Below are positions 54,257-64,000 of a DNA stretch of 64,000 nt, one piece after another (the stretch's first letter is position 1; the number at the start of each line of letters is the position of its first letter). This DNA is from Paraspadella gotoi (taxonomy: Eukaryota > Animalia > Chaetognatha): assembly GCA_051294375.1 (NCBI GenBank), contig CM119269.1, positions 7,226,080-7,290,079 on the forward strand, written 5' to 3'. A program made the position numbers and the translations under genes. The notes under the pieces are model-generated. The model was not told the DNA's origin and ran no database searches. It saw only the letters and a list, made by a program, of their open reading frames with translations.

Positions 54257-54755
54257 NNNNNNNNNNNNNNNNNNNNNNNNNNNNNNNNNNNNNNNNNNNN
54301 NNNNNNNNNNNNNNNNNNNNNNNNNNNNNNNNNNNNNNNNNNNNNNNNNNNNNNNNNNNNNNNNNNNNNNNNNNNNNNNNNNNNNNNNNNNNNNNNNNNN
54401 NNNNNNNNNNNNNNNNNNNNNNNNNNNNNNNNNNNNNNNNNNNNNNNNNNNNNNNNNNNNNNNNNNNNNNNNNNNNNNNNNNNNNNNNNNNNNNNNNNNN
54501 NNNNNNNNNNNNNNNNNNNNNNNNNNNNNNNNNNNNNNNNNNNNNNNNNNNNNNNNNNNNNNNNNNNNNNNNNNNNNNNNNNNNNNNNNNNNNNNNNNNN
54601 NNNNNNNNNNNNNNNNNNNNNNNNNGATGATGATGGTGATATAGATGATGACGATGATGATGATGATAATGATGATGATGATAATGATGTCGACGACGAC
54701 GACGACGACGAAGAGAACATTTTTTTTTCGAAAAGAATTGAAGAGAAAACTGAAG
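47760..54755 (+). repeat. Noisy redundant copies of one segment containing a long (GAT)n tract
   Basis: agcgctccgaatatgaaaaaatttaaaaaaaagtctctgagaaca occurs at 47761 and about 50303. gggatcggg..gatcgagggacccgacataaa..aactaaagggc occurs at about 51462 and 54111 (degraded at about 49560). gacgacgacgaagag..catttttttcgaaaagaatt occurs at about 50240 and 54700. Confidence 0.8.
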
Positions 54756-56400
54756 ATAAAAACTCGCTCCTCGAATGCGATTCAATTTCATTTCGTCAAA
54801 AGTCTGAAAGGACTTTAGACTGACATTTTAACTAAATTAATGTCTTTTAAGCGACGTGTGGCTAAATTCGTTCCTCTATAGTTAATAGTTACACGTCGCT
54901 AAAACTCGTTGATGACTTGTCGGCACGAGGATGAGCTAGTCAGATTAATAAAGAATGTATCTCGCGAATGAAAAACAAATTAGAATTTAGCGAAGAAAGA
55001 GTTATCCTTGACGCACTAATAAAACAAAGGGTAAAAAATGCAATATTAACGAAATTTTAACTACTTTTTATTTAAACGATGTTTTTCTCCTCACCCCTCC
55101 CTCTCTCCCTCTCCCTTTCTTTTTTTTTATCTCTCTCCCTCTTTCCCTCTACCTCTCTCTCTCTCCCNNNNNNNNNNNNNNNNNNNNNNNNNNNNNNNNN
55201 NNNNNNNNNNNNNNNNNNNNNNNNNNNNNNNNNNNNNNNNNNNNNNNNNNNNNNNNNNNNNNNNNNNNNNNNNNNNNNNNNNNNNNNNNNNNNNNNNNNN
55301 NNNNNNNNNNNNNNNNNNNNNNNNNNNNNNNNNNNNNNNNNNNNNNNNNNNNNNNNNNNNNNNNNNNNNNNNNNNNNNNNNNNNNNNNNNNNNNNNNNNN
55401 NNNNNNNNNNNNNNNNNNNNNNNNNNNNNNNNNNNNNNNNNNNNNNNNNNNNNNNNNNNNNNNNNNNNNNNNNNNNNNNNNNNNNNNNNNNNNNNNNNNN
55501 NNNNNNNNNNNNNNNNNNNNNNNNNNNNNNNNNNNNNNNNNNNNNNNNNNNNNNNNNNNNNNNNNNNNNNNNNNNNNNNNNNNNNNNNNNNNNNNNNNNN
55601 NNNNNNNNNNNNNNNNNNNNNNNNNNNNNNNNNNNNNNNNNNNNNNNNNNNNNNNNNNNNNNNNNNNNNNNNNNNNNNNNNNNNNNNNNNNNNNNNNNNN
55701 NNNNNNNNNNNNNNNNNNNNNNNNNNNNNNNNNNNNNNNNNNNNNNNNNNNNNNNNNNNNTTTTCCTTTTTTTTTTACTCCCTTCGTCTTCGTAGTTGTA
55801 AAAAGGGAACGCGGGTGGGGGAAGGGAGATTTGATGTAGTAAAGGAGGCAGCTGGTGATGTTGTAAAGGGTGATTTAGTAAAGAGGCGAAGATGATGGAG
55901 GTTGATTTATTAAGAGAACAGAGGTAATATTTTAATGGAGTAAGGAAGCACAAGGGATCGAGGGGATGTAGTAAGGACCGCAGGTGATGTAGTAAGGACC
56001 GCAGGTGATGTAGTAAGGCGGCAGAGGTATTCGATTTTGTTGATGTAGTTTGAAGAAGAGAAGACGACGGACGAGATTAAGTCTTAAAGTTAGGCGAGGG
56101 ACCAGATGGTGGATGTATTGCAGGTGATTTCGCAAAATGATGGTGATTTTGATGCGGAGACGCGATGAGTCTCTTGAGACGAAAAACGTTCAATGAGATA
56201 TTCCCATCAGTGAGACGATCATTTCAACTTTGGGTCTCGAACGGTCATCATCTCCTTTTGCTCCTCGACTCTATTTTTCGTAGTCCGTTTTTTAGCCGGA
56301 TCTGCTTTTAACAGATTCCGGCACTCCCGATCCCACTGCTAAATCATGCCTCTTAAATTGTCTCAGAACATCGAAATAGGATAAATTATGTACAGAAAAT

Positions 56401-56500
56401 TATGTCCTTCCGTCTATCCGTCCGTCGGTCTGTACGTCCGATCTTTGATTTAAACGCTAAATACTCATGAGTGGATCGGGCGATTGACCTGAAATTTGTC
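56401..56500 (+). mobile_element. DINE-1/HINE-like fragment (a similar fragment lies at about 60520-60640)
   Basis: tccgtctatccgtccgtcggtctgt tract followed by ...gatcgggcgattgacctgaaatttg, resembling Helentron-associated interspersed elements. Confidence 0.4.
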
Positions 56501-57032
56501 GTGTTTGTAATGAAGTGTTAAATGAGTTTAAAGAAAAAAGTTATAAATCGCTTTTTAATATTGAATTTTTTTAAAAGATTTTTCATTACTTTTCAAGTGA
56601 TTAGGTGTTTATCGCTTAATAATCGTGGACAGATACAGTATCGTTGTTCTGGGTAAGGCGCTGAGAATAACTTCTGTAACATCTTTAAGCCCCTCGAGGA
56701 ATGGGTTCTTGGTTTTTCAACTTGACTTGGAAGGTCGCTCCGCCACCAAGGCGACGAACGGCCGTCCTCAAGTTTCCGGTAAGGCAGGTATCGGGTTGGG
56801 AACGAACCCGGTACCTAGTAGACATGAGAAACTGGGCATTGCTCGCCAAATGGCATTCTCAAGAAAAAAAAGAGAAAGGACAGCCTCTTAACTCAACGGA
56901 CGTGCCCGAACGTGTCCGAGCGAGCCAGAGCGGGCGCCGGTCTTCTCTCTCGCCTCGCAAATCGAGAGACGGAGACGAGGATAGAATGAGACAGAGACGA
57001 ATGAGAGACAGATCGAAATGATCTACTCCGCG

Positions 57033-57077
<45 letters not shown>

Positions 57078-58390
57078 GTGGAACCGGTTCCACGTTTCAA
57101 TTCCGAACCACGTTCCCTCCCCGCCTTGCCCCCCCCAGGGTTAATCCTCATCCTCTTCCCCCTGTCTGACCCTTTTGTGCGACCCTTGACCCCCTCGACC
57201 TAGGGAGAGCGTGATAGAGGAGCGAAGAAGGGGTTTGGTGGAGCGAAGGAGTGAGGATTAAGATATTGAAAAATGTAAGAAAATAAAAAAAATAGAAATT
57301 AAAGAAAGATAGAAAATGAGAATATCTAAAATAGATAGAAATATATAAAGATTAAAATAGATAATATAAAAGAGAAATATATTTTTTAGGAGAAGAACAG
57401 CGGTGAAAAAAAGAAAATGAATATAAAAATGATAAACGTGACATTTAATTGTGAAAAAAAAAAACACAGAAATACCCTGTACATTTAGAAAGCCAAGGAA
57501 AGAAAAACTTGCGATTTCTGAATGTAAAAGTTTTATTGGAAAATGATTTCAAGATTTCAAGAGTCATTTATTAATCATTTAACTACTTTAATTAGTAAAC
57601 TAATTTTAATCATAAAATAACCTTTAATTTTCACTAAAAAAAAACGTGATAATAATAATAATTACGAGCGTTAATAAAATAATGTTTGACATGAAACTGC
57701 GACGAATAATCTGAAGGGGAAATTAAAAGAAAGAAAAAAGAGGAAAGAAAGAAGGAGGAGGAGGAGGAGAAAAAGAAAAATGAGGAAGAAGCAAAACTCC
57801 ATGATCGTTGAGGCGTTGGAAATTCGCGGCGCCTCTGTCATTCCAACGTCGACTGAGCCGGCGTTGCACGGAGATAGGCGCCAGTAGCGGCGTCGCAATG
57901 GCTTCAGCTTTGGAACCGCCAACTACAGTAGCTCCAGTAACATTAGCCGCAAATGACACGAAGCCCAAGGTTTATCAAGAAGGCCCAGGATACAGTAGCG
58001 GCATCGAAAGGTCTTTGGCTACAAAACGGACCCCGCGCGAGTCTAGGTCCGGTCGCTTCTCGCCGTCGTCCGCGCCTCGGATGTTTTCGTTTTCCGTCTT
58101 TTCGTCTCAGGGGCGTCGTCGCCTCAGATGCCACGCCCACATTCGGGTCCTGGATGGAACCGTGGCGATCGAGACTTGATTCCTTTCCTCCGCCTACTCC
58201 GCCCCCCCCCGCCCCCCCCCCAGTGGGAAATCGAGGCTCGATTCTCACGCGAAACGAAAAACTGCGATGGAGAAAAAACCTTTGATCTTTGATCTCACGA
58301 CCCAAAATCGACGGCGGTCAAAGTTGAAGCGGGACAGAATCGGCTGGTCGGTCGGTCGGCCTTTCGATCAACTCTTGGGCGGAGTTTGTT

Positions 58391-58392
<2 letters not shown>

Positions 58393-58461
<69 letters not shown>

Positions 58462-58484
58462 ATTATTATTATTATTATTATTAT
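58393..58484. repeat. (ATT)n microsatellite; one example of many SSRs, which also include (GA)n, (GAC)n, (GGC)n, (TTTC)n and (GAT)n
   Basis: Read directly from the sequence. Confidence 0.97.
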
Positions 58485-60281
58485 AGTTCTATTATTTTCT
58501 ATAGAGATCTTATCAACATCATAAAATTGCGACGACGTTAATAAAGATGGAAATAACAAACTTATTTTCAAGTTGTCAATCCGAGATTATAAAAAAAAAT
58601 GTTCGTTTTTGAAAATTAAAAATTCGTTGTTTGTAAACATTAAAAAAAAACCCTCAATTATCAATGAAACGAACTACTGCTTGTTATTGGTCAAGATTCT
58701 AATCTGTCTACTCGATTTCTTTTTTTATTTATTTTTAAACATTAAAAATCTAAACATCGTCAAAACTATTCCTGACGAGATTTCCAACGTTTATGTCGGT
58801 CTTTTCCTCAAAGTCCCAACCCTACCCAGTACCCAGGGTCGTAGCGACTAAGATTCATGGCATCGCCCTTCCTTTCCCCACCCCACCCCCTACTTTACTT
58901 ACCCTCATCCCTCGGTCGTTCAAAGGTCACTCTCTTCGTCGTGGATGCGAGGGAAACGAGACCTTACCCAACGTCCTTAACAACGGCCCTAGCGACGGCC
59001 TTAGCGACGGCGTTTTTGTCATGTTTGTTGCCGAAGCAACACATCACTGTTTTCCCCCCTGCGTCCGCGGGATNNNNNNNNNNNNNNNNNNNNNNNNNNN
59101 NNNNNNNNNNNNNNNNNNNNNNNNNNNNNNNNNNNNNNNNNNNNNNNNNNNNNNNNNNNNNNNNNNNNNNNNNNNNNNNNNNNNNNNNNNNNNNNNNNNN
59201 NNNNNNNNNNNNNNNNNNNNNNNNNNNNNNNNNNNNNNNNNNNNNNNNNNNNNNNNNNNNNNNNNNNNNNNNNNNNNNNNNNNNNNNNNNNNNNNNNNNN
59301 NNNNNNNNNNNNNNNNNNNNNNNNNNNNNNNNNNNNNNNNNNNNNNNNNNNNNNNGAAAGGAATGGAAAGGAAAAGAAAGGAAAGAGAAGAAAAAGGAAA
59401 GGAAAGAAAGAGGAAGGAAAGGAAAGATAAGGAAAGGAAAAGAAATTAAAGGAAAGGGAGGGAAAGGAAAGGAAAGGGAGGGAAAGAAATGAAAAGACGA
59501 GCAATTATATAGGTAAGAAGAAACTAAAGAAAATAAACGAAGGAAATTAAGAAAAAGGAATAAAAAAAAGGAAAAAGAAAATAAATTACGAAGAAAAACT
59601 AAAGCTCCTAAATCAAACGCGCAATAAAACAAATATAAAATAATTGCTATAAATGAAATACAAAAAAAAAACAAAAATTATGGAAAAAAAATGCTGAAAA
59701 TGTTACGGCAAAAAAGTTGGCTACTCTTAGTTATTTAAAAAAAATGCAGATTGCAAAAAATGTTATATATAGAAATTATTATGTTTTATGAAGAACCGAG
59801 TAGAAACCCAAAAATAAAAAAAAATAGAAAAAAAAATGAATATAAAGAGGAAAAACTGAAAAAAAATAAGTTGAGGGAAAAAAAGAGAAGAAGAAAGTTT
59901 GAAAAGAAAAAGTTAAGAATTTTCTTTTTTTCTTTTCTTTTCCTTTTTTTTTCTTTCGTCTCTTTTCTCACGCGAATCGACAATCAATCACTCTCACTGA
60001 GTTTTTCACATATTTCGATGTCGTCGTCGTAGTCGCTGTCGTCGTCATAGTAGTCGTCGTCGTCGAAATCGTGACTCTCGCAAGTCTTTCGTGATTTCGC
60101 GGNNNNNNNNNNNNNNNNNNNNNNNNNNNNNNNNNNNNNNNNNNNNNNNNNNNNNNNNNNNNNNNNNNNNNNNNNNNNNNNNNNNNNNNNNNNNNNNNNN
60201 NNNNNNNNNNNNNNNNNNNNNNNNNNNNNNNNNNNNNNNNNNNNNNNNNNNNNNNNNNNNNNNNNNNNNNNNNNNNNNNNN

Positions 60282-60318
<37 letters not shown>

Positions 60319-61349
60319 CCTATATATTTTTGCTTGATATTGATATCTTTTCAAACAGATTATTCAAAACAATGATAAAATGATAAAATCCTGTTCAGCC
60401 TGGTGTAAAAAGAAATACTATTAATATCAATTTTAATCAAAACCTTTATTCTCTTCTCTGTATTTAAGTTTCTCTTTCTCTTTTATCTCTTATTGTTTTC
60501 CTATTTTTAATTGATTAGGTTTCTTTTCGGTCGGTCCGCGGTCTGTCTGTCTGTCTGCCTATCCATCGGTCTGTCCTCTTTACATTTTAAATGTTAATAA
60601 CTTGGGCAAACTTAATCAATTAAGGTCATATTTGGTAAGGTAAGGTAAGGTAAGGCCTTTAATTAAAGTTCTTCTGCAGTTACGTGAATACTTAGAAAAG
60701 CTATCGCATGACCAGAAATTCAACGCTGTCATAATTAATAAAATACTGAATCGTTAATTGATTAACTTGCCAGGCTGATAAATTAGTATTAAAGGCTTCT
60801 GATGCATATATTTTATACTTGTAAAGTCATATGTTAATCATAAAATACATCGACAAAAAAAAGTTTCTACGGCGCAACAACTTGAACCCGACGATTCTCG
60901 TTCATTTTCATTTTTATGCGTGAAAAATATCGAATTTCTCGGAAATTAAAGAACGACGACGACGACGACGACGAAGACGACGACGAGAAAAATCCCTATG
61001 AAGAATTTCTTTCCTATATTTCAAGTTAAAATTCAACGCCTCACTTTTTTTCTTCTTTTATATCGTGAATTTTTTCACTCGGAGACGTTTATCTCCATTT
61101 CAATTGAGTGAATTAAACTGATTAGGATGTTAATCATTATATCTTTTATATGTCAATCAGTCCGTCTTTGAACATTTTTTTTCGGTTAGTTATTAATTAA
61201 TTGATTAATAAAGGATATTTCTAAGTTAAGATTCGCGTAACAGAATAAGGTAATTACTTGCAAATATTAACAAAGATAAACAAACATCCAAGAAAATAAA
61301 AATATCGTTCTCGACTGGAAGAAGAAAGGAGACCAATAATGACGAATTT

Positions 61350-61820
61350 TGTCACCGGTAGAGGGCGTGGTAATGGGGAAGGACTGGTGAAGGAGAAAAG
61401 CGTTTAGAAGCAAAGGTGTCAACAACCGATAGGAGGAGTAGGCGGGGACTGCTGCGGCGGCGGCGATCTCCTCTCTCTCTCTTCTCTCTCTCTTTAATTT
61501 ATCATCTATCCCAGCACAATCTCGTTTCTCGTTTTCCTGTCGTTTAAGATTTTCCATGTATCATCAATCCACAAAGACATACGTAGCGTTCACCGCCTCC
61601 GCCCCTCCGCGCCTCCGCCACTCCTCGCTGATACACTTCACGGACATCAGTGACAAACGCCGCCAAGCTCTGCATCCCGTCGCACGCCGCGCGACCGCCG
61701 CCGCCGAGCGCAGCAGTCCTTGACTCCTCTATCGGAAGTTGTTAACACCTTCTTGTTCTAAACCGCTTCATCTCGCCCATTCCAGCCGTATTCTACATCT
61801 AGGTCTCCCACCCCTTTCGC
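61350..61820. repeat. Imperfect inverted repeat with ~100-120 bp arms (61350-61468 and 61692-61820)
   Basis: Plus-strand cgccgccgccg..gcagcagtcc..actcctctatcgg..gttgttaacacctt..ttctaaac.gctt matches the reverse complement of 61375-61468. Confidence 0.75.
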
Positions 61821-61982
61821 CATGCGTCCGCTCTTGGACAACCGGAGGAAGCTGGACGAGCGGTGATCTGCTAGCCGCCTGCCTGCATTATTGCCACCCT
61901 ATCGGTTTGATGCCTACCCCCGCTCCAGTCGCGCCGAGCGTTGGCGGTTTTAGCACCGCCTATTGTGACGGTCGAGAAACAT

Positions 61983-64000
61983 TCAGACTTCCCTAGCGTA
62001 GATCTGTTGTCGAGATCTCTCTGCGGCGACGCGGTCCATCTGTCGATGTGTTGTCTCCTTTCTGCTCTCACTCTTTTTTCCTACCCGTACGTCGTCCATG
62101 CACTTGCAGCAGACAGCAGCAGAAAGGATGCCGCTGATGATTATGATGGCCGGTACCTCGATTAGCGATCGTAGGCAACGTTCATGAACCGTGGACCACA
62201 TTTACTGTAAGGTACATTTCCGAACAGATTTCTGAAAACGGTTGAGGGCGCTTCATTTGTTTAGTTTCTCCGACCGCAGTTGGTTGATATTCTTGTGCGT
62301 AACCCGTATATTTGAGTGCACTGTCCATAAACTTTCCGATCTTCTTCTAAATGTTTAATTTCGTCGATACGTGTTGACTTGTTCGGGAGTGGTAGTTTGT
62401 CCAGCGTTTTTCGTAGTACATGAATGCGTTTCCTTTTGATGTCGACGAAGAATTCCATTTATCATTCGCTAGACTGAGATGATGGGCAGACACGGGTACG
62501 TCCTGAGTAGAAGAGTCGATTGAACTTCGTGTATTTCTGGAAAATTGATTCGGTGTCGGTGTATAGCTGGCGTTCTGTACTCTCTTGTATAGCTTCTTAT
62601 TGGTAGTAGTTCATTTGTATAGTACTTTCGTCTACCTGGCTTCACGGCGTAGTGCTAAGGATTCTCCCGCAATAGGATTGCAAGTTCCTCAAAATTAGTA
62701 GTTCGCCTCGAGGAAGACCTCGCGACTTTGCCCACGAAGTCTAATTGTATCTGTCTGTTAGGCGTGCCTGGAGAATCTTTTGGATGGCTGCTATGTCAAA
62801 GCGATGCAGTCTGATGTGCCTCGCCCTTTCGCCCTTTGGTGACGCAGACGTTTCGTGGCGTAATTGCAGATCGAGTGAGCGTGTAAATTTCGAATTTTGT
62901 CTGGTTATTTATTGTAGACTAAGTTAATTTCTGCACTGCATCTCTCTCGGGAAGCGCTCGGGAACACAGAAACAAGGGAGTCCGGGTCCGTGTCTATGTC
63001 TTCCTGCCACATGGCATGGTATCAGACGCTGCGATTACAACAAATGCAGGTGACGTTGTCGATATTGCCGACAAACGCCGCTCCACGGCGAAACTTGAAC
63101 TTATCGCCCGTTAGTCGGATGGTGAATCGTGGCGGTCGCCTATATCGTTGCAGATGATTGTGTTGCAGTTATTTACCAAGCTGTCCTTCTGTGCATTTAC
63201 ATTCCGCTTTCCGAAAAATAGTAGCACTGCAATCATTGTCAGCTTTCGTGCCTCCATTTCGTAATTGTGGCGTCCTCGGGCGGGGATAATGTTCGTTGAG
63301 CGACATACCGATATAAGCATGTTTTTCTTTCGTTGTTATGGGTCTGACAGGAATTGCCATTCTTCTATTTGGTAGGCTCCGCCCTCGATTAGAACGGCCT
63401 CCAAGTGTTTATCTCACCTCCGGTCTACGCATCTCTTGGTACGTACCATGTTAAAATCCCGCCCTGGGTGGTACATTGTTGCTTTAGCAAGATTGCATTT
63501 TCCTGTCTTTGCACGAATAGAGTCCACCTCATCTCCTACTCGGTGAATCGGTATTGCGAACTATAAGGTTAGGATTTGACAATCCAAAAGATTTATGCCG
63601 TGTCATTCATTTTTCACATTCATAACCCATGACTCGTGACAAGCTTAAGCTGGTTTTCTCCTTGGTGGCGTAGAAAATATCCATATCTCTCCGGTCGTTC
63701 GTTTGCCGACTGGTGTGGGTGAGTTACCATGTATTAAACTCCCATTAAATATGCTGCTGTCCGCGGTATAGTGGTTGCGAGAAACAGTAAACTGTTGAGT
63801 ACTGTGGACCCGAGATTGGTAGTGCTGGGAGGGTGACCAACGCGTGGCGTCCGAGTGTGTATGATTCTGAAACACATACTTGTCTCGCTTCGGCAGCGAG
63901 ATTAAAGAATGATCGATTGACGTCGATATGGTTATTCGTATCGAAATGTTCCTTTAACCGGCCGCAGAATTTGTCCGTCGCTGCTGTTGTGAATCTGTGT
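61983..64000 (-). mobile_element. Degenerate viral envelope glycoprotein-like gene (chuvirus G / gB-like class III fusogen pattern): an endogenous viral element or the env of an LTR retroelement
   Basis: Unique ~48% GC sequence with no SSRs and no apparent introns. Frame-hopping translation gives, in order: TVYCFSQP, RVMGYECEK, KTGKCNLA/KQQCTTQGGILTWY, EINLVYNK..HSICNY, GELLILRN/CNPI, ELLPIR, RLFYSGRTRVCP, then the TM segment LIEVPAIIIISGILSAAV, CCKC and a short basic tail to the stop at 61983. Confidence 0.6.

Noticed and set aside
57808-58305. GC-rich overlapping ORFs, including HIRVLD resembling a cadherin strand
   Set aside because: The D.NDN motif is absent, a stop follows shortly, and no frame is clearly preferred.
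63111-63256. Signal-peptide-like MEARKLTMIAVLLFFG as an independent gene start
   Set aside because: It lies inside the larger env-like region, with family-like motifs further upstream, so it is probably an off-frame reading. Polishing would settle this.

Overview
This is a draft-assembly window from an AT-rich, microsatellite-dense eukaryote, probably an invertebrate animal. It has spliceosomal GT-AG introns, a cadherin exon, many N gaps and several indel-riddled stretches that look like unpolished long-read gap fills. Most ORFs in the supplied track are artefacts of (GA)n, (GAC)n, (GAT)n or N runs. The supportable content is as follows. (1) An ornithine decarboxylase-like gene has four clean 5' exons on the minus strand (5474 to 4101). 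Its C-terminal half lies on the PLUS strand at 3006-3758 inside a gap-bounded contig, most likely a mis-oriented contig. That contig also carries a hammerhead-ribozyme core within a 60-bp inverted repeat, and the protein has an unusual NGTDAT N-terminal repeat. (2) A Tc1 transposase C-terminal relic lies at about 14.7 kb. (3) A motif cluster resembling an enhancer (X-box, octamer, homeobox sites) lies at about 19.9 kb. (4) A cadherin-repeat exon (34726-34926) is present twice within a 2.6-kb tandem duplication. (5) Several minisatellites and satellites are present, including about 12 copies of a ~540-600 bp unit at 38.7-45.8 kb. (6) A frameshifted viral-envelope-like gene (chuvirus G / gB-like class III pattern) lies on the minus strand at about 62-64 kb, followed by an inverted repeat. 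All family assignments come from manual translation and motif recall; no database searches were run.
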